Assembly (NCBI RefSeq): GCF_028641065.1
Contig: NC_073416.1
Location: 7,750,001-7,814,000 of the forward strand
Source of the DNA: Leucoraja erinacea
Taxonomy: Eukaryota
Direction: 5' to 3'
Length of the DNA: 64,000 bases
Shown here: piece after piece, positions 51,921-63,530 of the stretch
Position numbering within the stretch: the first letter of the stretch is position 1
How the letters are laid out: every line of letters starts with the position of its first letter
Notes under the pieces: generated by a model
The model's input: the letters and a program-made list of their open reading frames with translations, nothing else
Told to the model about the DNA's origin: nothing
Databases searched by the model: none
Translations under genes and position numbers: made by a program

Positions 51921-52942
51921 CCTATGCGCCAATGAAAATAAAATGGAATTTGCAGACATTTTCCTCCCACAGACCAACAGCTTGCCCTTTAAACAAGTTT
52001 CACCACGACTCACTTTAATATCAAATGGGTGTACATGGTCAAGGCTTTACTTAAAGAATAGCATTAAAATATGCAGTGACTTGTTCTTGAATCAGCTAAT
52101 CCATGCGTTACTGTAGAGAATATAGTATTGGTTCTGACTGGAGTTATGTTGACAAATTCACTTTTCAATTTCCCCCTTTTGAAGGGTCTCGACCTGAAAC
52201 ATCACCATTCCTTCTCTCCAGAGATGCTGCCTGTCCTACTGAGTTACTCCAGCACTTTCTGTCCATCTTCGGTGTAAACCAGCATCTGCAGTTCCTTCCT
52301 ACCCAAGGGTTTGGTTTTGTTTGATCTCTTTAGATGGATTTCTTTTTGGCAAAGTCGAGTACTGCACAGTGTACCAGTTACAGAGCCCCTCCAAGCCCAC
52401 GTTTCTCATTTGCTTTGTTGTGAAGAAGACAAAATATGAAGAGTAGGTAAATGAATTGCCCTTATACACACCACCCTGCTAAAAGCTACAATTCTATACT
52501 GGCAATTTGTCAAAATAGTCCTTCTTGGCCCAGCAATGTTATATGGAATCAAACCACAAATATGGCTGGAATTCATATGTGGAAAGCCTTTGTGGAGTAC
52601 GTGGAGAATTAGATCACACAAGCATGTACACAATGAAGCAAGACATGTGCATTTCCGTTTCCTCCATTTTGAAGATTTCTCAAAATCCAAGTCCTGATTT
52701 TTCAGAGGCGCTTCACATTAATTGGATGGATTCATCTTCAATCGATTCCAAATCATCTCCAGAATGCAAATCACCTTTAACCAAAGGGCTCAAAAGAAAG
52801 CGATGCACAAATTTGCTAACTAGCTGCAGTTTTTCCAGAATTCCTTGTTTTACTCCACAGTGATATGATATTTGATTAAATACAGTCAGACAGGTTATTC
52901 AAAAAGGATACATCAAACCTACAAAAATAAATTACTTTCCAA

Positions 52943-53541
52943 CAGGCACGGAAATCGCTATCAAAATATGGAGGGACCGGGGGACAGGAGGGACACACTT
53001 TCTTGGCGGCCGCGTGCGCATGCGCACATTCACACACACACACGTGCGAGGCTTCAGAGGCTCAATCCAGCACTAAATGCAGCTCAACTCTGCCTGTCTC
53101 ACCGGGTTAACCTACAGCCCTGCCTGGACTGACGGGACACCAGCGCTGCTTCTCTGCGCTGGCTGTAAACCTGGGCCATATTTCCCACAAGCCCAGGCAG
53201 GGCTGTAGGTTAACCTGGCGGGACAGGCAGAGTTGAGCTTTAATTTGCGCCGCTTCTCTGCGCTGGCTGTGGGCCTGGGGGCACCGCACCCGCCTAACTC
53301 CCGACGTCTCTGGCCACCCGTGGGGGGGGGGGGGGGGGGCACTCGGGTGGGGACGGGACAGCGCCGGAGAGACTGGCGTCTCTCTCGTCCAATCGGCGCC
53401 CTCTATCAGCAGTTCCACCCCCACTGTCTCGCGGAAAGCGGAAATTTCACCGGGTTTTAAAATCCGGATTACAAAAACTTGGGGGGGGGGGGTAATGTCC
53501 CCCCTGCCCCCCCCCCCCCCCCCCCCGGATTTCTGCCCCTA
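52943..53541. mobile_element. hAT-like non-autonomous transposon with an internal inverted repeat and G/C tracts
   Basis: TIR-like ends caggcacggaaatc / gatttctgcccct; 8-bp TSD ctttccaa (52935-52942, 53542-53549). Confidence 0.8.
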
Positions 53542-54092
53542 CTTTCCAAGACAGGCAATTTGACAAATACTTCAAGGTATAAATCAGGAAAATAATTCCT
53601 GAACACTATGTAACATATCCAAATCTATCATTAATTCCTTGTCAGTTAGTTTACGTAATCAGATAGAGTTACAGCAAGTAATTACCATGTTCCAGGATTA
53701 GGACTGAAGAAAATTGGCCAAGAATTACACTCCTATTTGCTGTGAAATTTCTGCAAAGCAAAGGCAGGCAAATTTGGATGTGGTGATGAATCCTTTAAAT
53801 TAAAATAGATGTGGTGATCCTAAATAAATTTGGATGTGGTGATAATTCCTACAGATTAAAAATCACTGTCTAATCACACCTATGAAAAGTGTTTACTTGG
53901 TTGTTATTCTCGCTTGAAGGTGTCCGAGTATAATTAACAACATTAGCAATTATAACCCGTTATACTGGGTGCTCCTGCTAGAGTCAGAAGTCACGCTGGA
54001 TTCTCTTCGACATGTCACAACAGCAACTGGCAGAAACTGACAATGAATCATGCGATGCTATAGCTCCTTCATTGCTGCCTTGATGCAAATGT

Positions 54093-54898
54093 GTGGTAGA
54101 CAAAAGTGCTGGAGAAACTCAGCGGGTGCAGCAGCATCTATGGAGCGAGGGAAATAGGCAATGTTTCGAGCCGAAACGAGTATAGGAGCAGGGAGGTTCT
54201 ACTGCAGTTGTACAGGGTCTTGGTGAGACCACACCTGGAGTATTGAGTACAGTTTTGGTCTCCTAATCGGAGGAAGGACATCCTTGCCATAGAGGGAGTG
54301 CAGAGAAGGTTCACCAGACTGATTCCTGGGATGTCAGGGCTTTCATATGAAGAAAGACTGGATAGACTCGGCTTGTACCCGCTAGAATTTAGGAAATTGA
54401 GGGGGGATCTTATAGAAACTTACAAAATTCTTAAGGGGTTGGACAGGCTAGATGCAGGAAGATTGTTCCCAATGTTGGGGAAGTCCAGAACAAGGGGTCA
54501 CAGTTTAAGGATAAGGGGGAAATCTTTTAGGGCAGAGATGAGGAAAAAACATTTCAGACAGAGAGTGGGGAATCTGTGGAATTCTCTGCCACAGAAGGTA
54601 GTTGAGGCCAGTTAATTGGCTATATTTAAGAGCGAGTTAGATGTGGCCCTTGTGGCTAAGGGGATCAGGGGGTATGGAGAGAAGGCAGGGACGGGATCCC
54701 GAGTTGGATGATCAGCCATGATCATATTGAATGGCGGTGCAGGCTCGAAGGGCCGAATGGCCTACTCCTGCACCTAATTTCTATGTATCTATGTTGCCTA
54801 TTTCCTTCGCTCCATAGATGCTGCTGCACCCGCTGAGTTTCTCCAGCACTTTTGTCTACCTTCGATTTTCCAGCATCTGCAGTTCCTTCTTAAACACT
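54093..54898. mobile_element. Fold-back PLE-derived element split by a CR1 insertion (54178-54792, + strand)
   Basis: 13-bp TSD ttgat(g/a)caaatgt at 54080-54092 and 54899-54911; CR1 ORF 54298-54615. Confidence 0.85.
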
Positions 54899-54989
54899 TT
54901 GATACAAATGTATTAGTGAGGCCAGGGATCGTCTGATCTGGAAAGATCAGGAAGGCATTTTCATACCATCACCAGGGAAACCGAAGACT

Positions 54990-55340
54990 TAAGGAAATGC
55001 AGATGCTGGTTTACAAAAAAAAAGACACAGAGTGAAAGTGCTGCAGTAACTCAGTGGCTCAGGCAGCGTCTCTGGAGAGCATGGCGAGGAGATATTTCGG
55101 GTAGTAATGTTTCGTCAGACTGATTGTGTGGGGCGGCGGACGAAAGCTGGAAGAGAGGAGGGATGGGACAAACCCGGGCAGGTAATAGGCGAGGAGGGGC
55201 TTCATAGGCAGACAGTTGACAAAATGCCAGAGATGAACAGACTAAAGGTGTGTAGTAAGGATAGAGGCGGTGTGAATTGTGAAGCCAAAGGAAGGAGTAT
55301 ATGTGGAAGGGGTGGGAGGAAAAACAAGCTTCGAATCCAG
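54990..55340 (-). mobile_element. Degenerate PLE 3' end
   Basis: Family arm, ctgacga..gaaa remnant and CT-rich UTR on the minus strand. Confidence 0.6.
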
Positions 55341-55643
55341 GGAATCGGATAATCCTTGAGCACACAATTACAGCGAGCAATGTCAAGACGTAGCATTTTC
55401 AAGGAGTGCCGTTTTTCACACGAGACCTTAAAATACCATGTCGCTATGTGAGTAGCAGGGGCACAAGTCACTAAAACAGATTTCCTGTTAATTACTCCTA
55501 TGGAAGTGGAAGCTTACACAAGTTGGAAATTGCTGATTCCACCTCTGTTGGCACTTTGGTCTCTGCAGAATGCTGTAATATCCTGAGGTTGTGAAAGAGA
55601 GCACACCCATGCAAGTCTTTTTATTATTTTCAATTTGTTTGCA

Positions 55644-56385
55644 CCACATGGGGAGCCACGACGAAGACACTGCGCATGTCCACAGTGGCCCTGGTGTTCT
55701 CAGCCACCGAGTACTGCGCTCTGAGTCTGGTGCCGTAGCCCTCACGCCAAGAAGCTGGATGCTGCCCTCAACAGCGCCCTGCAGACTGTCTCTGGATGCC
55801 TACGAGCCACCCCCGTAAACCAACTGCCCATCCTCGCTGGCATTGCCCCAGCTAACATCAGACGAGAAGCAGCCACGTTGGCCCTCTCTTGATAGGCACA
55901 GACCAGTGAATCCCACCTCCTCCATCAGATGGTCACAGAGACACCACGACATGTGCTTCTCAAGTCACGGTGCCCCTTTGCCACACAAGCCTAAGAGCTG
56001 CTCTGCACAACACTGGCTGACGCTTCCAGGGCTGCCTGGGTCAAGACGAGATGGAGAGACCAGTGAAAGTCAGCTGAACCATCTAGGCTACACCATTACA
56101 TCGATGACCCCATGGACGTCCCTTGGCCAGGACCTACCCCGAAAGCAGTGGACAACCCTCAACCGCTTGAGGACAGGCGTCGGATGCTATGGAGTAGCGA
56201 TGAAGAGGTGGGGCCTCGTGGACATGGCCTCCTGCGAGTGTGGGGACCCAACACAGACAGTGAGCACATAGTCACCAGTTGCCCCAAACACCGGTTGAAT
56301 GAGATCGGATTGACCTGGACGATGGCACGTTGGCCTGGCTGGCTTCAACTGAGCTGCAGGTCTAAAAGACATACTACAGAAGCAG
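55644..56385 (+). mobile_element. 5'-truncated Ingi/Vingi-like (I-group) LINE
   Basis: Remnants WGA.TKTLR, LPILAGIAPANIRR, WTTLNRLRTGVG and CECG..HIV..CP zinc knuckle; 13-bp TSD caatttgtttgca (55631-55643, 56386-56398). Confidence 0.78.
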
Positions 56386-57391
56386 CAATTTGTTTGCAGT
56401 TTGGTTACGTAATTTTCCAACCAGGGGTTGGGTTTCAAATCTAATTTCCCATAGTCCATATCGGCAACGTCCCTCAGCACTGCCCTATCTATCATGCTAC
56501 TCACTTCCAAGGACGTCCAATGTATCATACAGAATGCAACCATGACACATCTATTCTGACTTATTTCAACGGATGTGAACAATAAACATTAAATGAGAAT
56601 GCAATCACTCAGTGGAAAGTCTCACTTGGCTTTCACTGGCCCTGTATGAATTTTCTTAAGATATTAAGACATTTTATTCATTGTTGCTCATTGATCATAT
56701 AGTAACGTTCAAAAGAAACCAATGGCACAATATTGGCTTTCAAGTTATTTGCTCCAGGTGCGTTATTATTTTCTAAGTGCTCGTCTCCTTCAAAGCAGGC
56801 TCCCAGTATCTGTTGACAGACTGGAGTAACTCAGCGGGTCAGACATGCAGCATCTCTGGAGAGAAGGGTATTCCCAGTATCCCAGCAACACACACAGCAT
56901 GGAGCAGCAGAACAAATTCCCAGGGAGTGCTGTTTCAACTGAGCCACAAGTGAAGACCAGATACACCCTGAGCTGAAACGTCACCTATCCAAGTTCTCCA
57001 GAGATAGACACAAAAAGCTGGAGTAACTCAGGGGGACGGGCAGCATCTCTGGAGAGAAGGAACGGGTGATGTTTTGGGTTGAGACCCTTCTTCTGACTTC
57101 AGAGATGCAGCCCGAGCCATTGAGTTACTCCAGCACTTTGTGTCTTTTTGGATAAACCAAAATTATGGTATTGACAAAGCCTCAGGGCAGCCAGGGAGGG
57201 ACTGGACCAAACTGAGGAATGAAAATTGAGGAAAAGATTATATGTAAAAAAACGTCAGCATTCAAATTAATCTATTCCACTCAGTACTCATCTGGTCATG
57301 CCATTGTGGTTTGCAGTCAATTAAACAAAACATCTGTGTGCATTGGAAACAGCAAATGAACCAGTACTACAATGTCAATCAAACAATCAAA

Positions 57392-57489
57392 GTCTGAAGA
57401 AGGGTTTCGGGCCCGAAACGTTGCCCATTTCCTTCACTCCATAGATGCTGCTGCACCCGCTGTGTTTCTCCAGCACTTTTGTCTACCTT
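57392..57489 (+). mobile_element. 98-bp PLE-derived insertion beginning at a hammerhead core; 8-bp flanking repeat caatcaaa
   Basis: Direct repeats at 57384-57391 and 57490-57497. Confidence 0.78.
57394..57422 (+). ncRNA. Minimal type-I hammerhead ribozyme core (CUGAAGA-A-GGGUU ucg GGCCC-GAAACGUU)
   Basis: Conserved core intact; 5-bp stem II with G-U pairs; ACGU palindromic stem III; GUU cleavage triplet. Confidence 0.62.
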
Positions 57490-59063
57490 CAATCAAATTA
57501 TGACTTGCTGCTGGTAACTATGACAGTATCTTCTCACTTCTGGGAGATCATGTGACTCATTCGTGCTTACCTTCACACACAGACGCACTCACTACAAAAA
57601 AAAAAAAAAAAAAAAATAGGTTTGTTGCCGACAGCTTTCTGCAGTCAAGCTGGATCTTGCACTTTTATCAACCCAGTATTCACTTCACCCGATACCTACT
57701 CCCAGCATCGAGCATGAACAAAATGGACCAGGCAAAGAATAAAATCAGTCTATTATACAGCACTTCATCACAGGTCAGCTCATGTCTTGTACTTAAGGCC
57801 ATCTTTGCTCACTGGAGAAGACAATTTCAGCCCACTGTATTTGCACACTCAATCTAGAAATTATCCCTCTGCTGTGATCTCCTCACATAGTCACAAACTA
57901 ACATTGTTTTCTCTCTCTCTCTCCCCTCATTGCTCAGGTATGGAGTGGTACAGTACAGCATGAGAACTGGCCCTTTGGCCCACAATGCCAAGACCAACTC
58001 TTATCTGCCCGTATACAATCTGGAGCAGAGAGGGTTTTTTCCCCCAAACGCCCCTCAGGGGGTTGCGTGATGCCAGGAGAGAATTTCCACTCTGGAAATT
58101 GAGTTCCCGATGTTGGGGGGGGAGTCGAGAACCAGGGGCCACAGTTTAAGAATAAGGAGTACGCCATTTAGAATGGAGACGAGGAGACACTTTTTCTCAC
58201 CGAGAGTGGTGAGTCTGTGGAATTCTCTGCCTCTCGGAGGCAGATTCTCTGGATGCTTTCAAGAGAGAGCTAGATAGGGCTCTTAAAGATAGCGGAGTCA
58301 GGGGATATGGGGAGAAGGCAGGAACGGGGTACTGATTGAGGATGATCAGCCATGATCACATTGAATGGCGGTGCTGGCTCAAAGGGCCAAATGGTCTACT
58401 CCTGCACCTATTGTCTAATGAGAGTCAGTGGTTGATGGATCGACCCATCAGGTCAGCCCATGCCCGTCTTGGGAGTCTCGACTTGATGGGCTGCAAGGCC
58501 CTTTAAATACCTTATCTATTAGCTACCATTATCTATTATGCATGTACAGACTCCATTTAAACATCAATATTTCCCAGTTAAGAAAATATTCATTTTTACC
58601 AAATGTTATACCAAAATAGATAACCTCATATATTTCTCCATCTGCAATGATGTTACCCACTCACTTATTTTGGCTATATCCCCTTGAAACCTCTTTATAT
58701 CCTTGTCACACCTCAAACTCCCTCTTAGTTTTATGTCATGGGAAAACTTCAGCACTGATCCCTAAAATACTCCGATATTCACAGCCTGTCAACCCGAGAA
58801 GGACTCGTTTATTCCTATTCTTTATTTTCTATCTGTTAACTAGCTCTCAGTCCATGCTAATGCGTTATATCCAAATCTACACCATACAACTTCCTTAACC
58901 TCCTTAGTGAGACCTTATCACAAGTCCTAATGTACCACATCCACTGGTTCTCCTTCATCTACTCCACCTGATCCACCATTAAAGGATGCCTATAGATTCA
59001 TCAAATGTTCTTTCCCTTTAATAAATCCATATTGTCTCTGCTTAATCTTTACAGTATGTGTTC

Positions 59064-59400
59064 ATAAGTTCATGTGATAGGAGCAAGATTTGACCATTCG
59101 GCCCATCAAGTCTACTCCACCATTCAATCATGGCGAATCTCTATCTCTCTCTCCTAACCCCATCTCCTGCCTTCTCCCCATAACCTCTGACACCTGTACT
59201 AATAAATCAAGAATCTATCCATCTCTGCCTTCAAAATATCCACTGACTTGTGGCCTCCATGGCCGTCTGTGGCAAAGAATCCCACAGATTCACCACCCTC
59301 TGGCTAAAGAAATTTCTCCTCATCTCCTTCCTAAAGGAACGTCCTTTAATTCTGAGGCTGTGACCTCTGGTCCGAGACTCTCCCACTAGTGGAAACATCC
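59064..59400 (-). mobile_element. CR1-type LINE 3' end
   Basis: Reverse complement of the family at 10930-11255. Confidence 0.8.
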
Positions 59401-59831
59401 TAATATGCTTGCATTTGCGATGGCAGGCTAACAGGTCATTTGTTGTCCCTTCCTTTCTTTATAAAGCTGCATTACAATCTCCTAATGACGTGGATATTGA
59501 CATTATAAGTGTGGCTTATCTTTGATTCACTTTAGGAAAAATTGTCCCTTCCCAAAGACTGTTCTTGAAAGGTCAAAGTCTTTTTGTTACCAAGGAAAAT
59601 GGTAATATTTAACAGATGCCATTACATTTTACGACTGATAACTATGCCAACAAAAGATATTCGAAGTTAATAATAAATCTTTGTAACTGATATTTGAAAA
59701 GAGATAGGTCAATCATTTTTCTTACTATTACTAGTAGCTGGGCTGCAGCAAGATAGAAAGAAGGTGCCCTGTTAAACTACAAGATAGGAAAAGCATTATG
59801 AAAGGTCAAAATGGAGTGTGTATGCGAGTAA

Positions 59832-60033
59832 TGCCTGTCCCACTTAGGAAACCTGAACGGAAACCTCTGGAGACTTTGCACCCCACCCAAGGTTTCCGTG
59901 CGGTTCCCGGAGGTTGCAGGTGGTGGAAGCTGGTAGGGAGACTGACAAAAACCTCCAGGAACCGCACGGAAACCTTGGGTGGGGCGCAAAGTCTCCAGAG
60001 GTTTCCGTTCAGGTTTCCTAAGTGGGACGGGCA
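59832..60033. mobile_element. Near-perfect palindromic Harbinger-like MITE
   Basis: About 85-bp inverted arms starting tgcctgtcccact; TAA on both flanks. Confidence 0.9.
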
Positions 60034-60247
60034 TAACAGACCCTTACAGCAACTAACCCTTGATTCCTATTTGTCAAAGGGGACAAACGGTTGCAGATGA
60101 ATCTAAGTAGGGCTGCCCTATTTGGCATTTAGCAGAATATCGTATCTGATGGAAGAAGTCAATGACCTGTCTATTGGTGAATCAGCCCAGAAGATTCCAG
60201 AACATTTGGTTCTGTGCCAAATATTTTTGAGACAGACATCCTAATAA

Positions 60248-60660
60248 ACCTTTGCCCTCTAGTTCTTGATTACCCGCCCCTGGGTAAAAGACTGCGAATG
60301 TTATACACCTCTGTAAGATCATCTCTCAGCCTCCTACACTGCATGGAATAAGGTCCCAGTCTGCCCAACCTCTCCGTATAACTCAATCGCCTGCGTTGTG
60401 GCAACATCGTTGTAAATCGGCTCTGCACACTTTCCAGCCGAATGGCATCTTTCCCACAGCAGGGTGACCAAAACTGAACACAATACTCCAAATGCAGCCT
60501 CACCAACATCTTGTACAATGGTAACATAAAGCCTCAACCTGTATATTCGCTGCCCTTACTGATGAAGGCCAGCATGGCAAACAAATCATCACACAAAGCA
60601 TCTGTGACACCACTTTCAGGGAATTGTGTACTTGTGCTCCTGGGCCCCTCTGATTCACAA
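60248..60660 (-). mobile_element. Older CR1-type LINE fragment
   Basis: ORF 60270-60527 ([15 protein letters not shown]). Confidence 0.82.
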
Positions 60661-62245
60661 CACTCTTTTCACATCTCCAATCCTTTCTACTCACCACTTT
60701 AATTTCACGTTTCATGTATCTTGTGAATTTATGAATTTATGACGGTTGGCAGATCATTTTCCCTCCTGGGATACATAAATAACAAATAAATTGAATCTAA
60801 TCTAATTTTCCCTCCTGGGTACCTCTTCAAAAAACTCATACATCCCAGGCTCAGTTATATTGATCATCCCGAGTTAATCCCCGTCTTTCCAAACGCATGT
60901 ATACCTTTTCCCTCAGAATCCCCCTCATAACTTGCCTACCACAGATGTCAGGCTCACTAGTCTATAATTCCTAGGTTTTGCTTGCACATCTTCTTAGATA
61001 CATTATTAAAGCTTATACCTTCCTGTGACTACAAGCCTAGGAATCTTGTCTTCTCCCTTAGTCTTCTCATAACCTAATCAGTTTTTACAACCAAAAATGT
61101 GCAGCAAATAACACTGTTTTTCTTGTTTTCAAACGAATGCAAGTTCTTAGCCCTTTAACTCGATTTTTCAACAAAAGAACTGTAGTTGTTGAAAAATGCT
61201 TCCTCTTCCAGTGTAGACTCTATGTTAGGTCACCTGTTCAAAAATATTTGCCCCAAATGCCTGAATGTGGTTTATATACTAACGTTGTATAATCACACAA
61301 AGTGCAAGAGGAAGTCAGACTGCTTACAGTAATTATTTGCTCCCAAACACAACTTGTTTTGTGAAGTGGCCCGTCGTTTTGTCAGTCTTTGTTTTATTAA
61401 AACAGGCAAAATAATGGTATTGGTGGAGTTGTAATTTAAAAATGAAACCCCAGGGTTGGCAACAACAGAATCATACTCTGTAATCCCCGACAGACATCCA
61501 AATAACTCAATTTTAATCAAGATATCAAAGTCAGATAATATTCCCGTTTATATAGCTGTGTGTATTTTACAAGGAACTGATAAATCTTGGAAATGCAACA
61601 ATAAAACAAGGATCAGGTTTCTGTTTGCATTAATCATGGGCTTTTTCTAGTTTGCCATGACACACCGCACAACAAGTTGGGAAATTCCAGTTAGTTATTG
61701 ATTTTTTTAGGGTGTCACCAAACATTTTGAATATAAGACTAGTCCAAATGTCACAAGGGTGAAGTCAATGTTTTTCCCACTTTGGGCTGGAAGACACCCA
61801 TTATGTCTGAATGAGCAAGCACATTGACATTCTCTCCACCATTGGCATCGGGGTACAGTCAGGAACCAGCTGGGTAATGCCATCCATCAGCTCTCACTTT
61901 CCTACATCCGGTGGTACGTACATCCCTTTAATTCTATGAGAATGTTTCCTTTCACTGGCTTTACCAAATCCCCCTTATCTCCCAACTTTTCCTGTGTGGA
62001 AGGTGTCTGATCCTTGTTAAAGGAACAAGCTCCAGTGGCACTAGTTGGTAAACCACACCACATCAGACTTTTCCCACAATGCAGCCGGCCTTAACCTTGC
62101 CCTCTTCCACTGTGCCAACTTTCCAGAAGGAATCAATGGATCAGGAGGAATAATGAAGCAAAGAGGGAATTTGAAACGCCACTGACTGGTCTGGTGTTTG
62201 TTAATCACATCCTAGTCCATTTGACAATCACATCCTAGTCCATTT

Positions 62246-62605
62246 TTAAGATTAAGAAGGTTAAAGGTTATTTATCGGTCACATACACCATAGTGAAATG
62301 CTTCTTGCCAATGCAGCACATTAAAAAAAATACAGACATAACAATAATAAAGAGATTTAAACATAAAAAAACATCCCCCACAATGGTTCCCATTATGAGG
62401 GAAGGAACAATGTCCAGTCCCCATCCCATGTCCACCCATAGTCGGGCCTATTGAGGCCTCCGCAGTCGCCGCTACGGAGGCCCGATGTTCCAGGCCGTTC
62501 TCGCCGGGTGATGGTGCTCCGGCATCGGGAGAATCCTCACAGTGGCATGGGACACCTGGAACGGCCGCTTCCTTACCGGAGACGGCTCCCGAAGCCGACA
62601 GGCCG
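62246..62605 (-). mobile_element. Retroposon 3' end (SINE or LINE, family unassigned) with a CpG-rich 5' part; related 3' end at ~16855-17025
   Basis: aataaa plus short tandem tail on the minus strand; similarity between the two loci. Confidence 0.5.
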
Positions 62606-63360
62606 ATAGATTATACTTCTATGAACCACACTTGCACTTTTATTTTAATCTACAATACATGGGCTATATAACGTGTAGGTTGTAATCCATATCCACATTA
62701 GACAAATGTGGCTTGACTATGGTAGAACTGTCTTACATACAGGCAAGCGGGTAGGCTCACATTTTCCCCATAGCATGAAGCTGCATCATCTGCACATGTT
62801 GAAAATAAATAATTTAGTGTCGGTTTATTTACTTTTCTTTTTCCAGACAAATTCTACAACAGCAAATTTGATTCCAGATCTTAAATCTTTGGGTAGGGAT
62901 TTGTGAATTCCACAAGGGTGAATGTCTGAAACCCAAACGCCTGTAACACAGGGGTTGCCTGCTCTGCGTTGGATAATAGAAACATAGTCAACACTTCCAA
63001 CCACAAACCAGACAAATGAAAAGTTACATCTTTTGCAAAGTTATGTGGTTTGCTGAATGCTACTTGTCATAACTTGCAGGTACCCATCCACCAGTAGTCA
63101 GAGTATGAAGCCATGTTTAAAACAGAATCCAGGTACCTAATTACAGAGCAAATTTCCCAAAGGGACTGAATAACAATGTCACATTCACAAACAAGCAGGT
63201 TAAAAACTCTGTCGTTTCCTGCAAACAGCAGTTGAAGAGTTTCTCGAGTGCATTTGCTCACACACTTTCTAACAGGGGCATGCACTCAAACGCATGCTTT
63301 ACCTTTGAAGGGGCACATGAAAGAGAAGTCTTAGAACTAAAATGACAACCATGTCATCTT

Positions 63361-63530
63361 AGATAGACACAAAATGCTGGAGTACCTCAGTGGGACAAGC
63401 AGCAGCTCTGGAGAGAAGGGATGGTAGACCGAAGGGTCTCGACCCGAAACGTCACCCGTTCCTTCTCTCCAGAGATGCTGCCTGTCCTGCTGAGTTACTC
63501 CAGTCTTTTGTGTGCAGTTCCTTCCTACAC
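63361..63530. mobile_element. Fold-back PLE-derived element
   Basis: Family arms; gggtctcgacccgaaacgtc ribozyme 3' half; imperfect TSD acaacca(t/a)gtc. Confidence 0.78.

Noticed and set aside
53769-53845. Three short repeats of gatgtggtgat, and a 20-bp duplication at ~62203-62245
   Set aside because: Ordinary slippage-type micro-duplications with no further structure.
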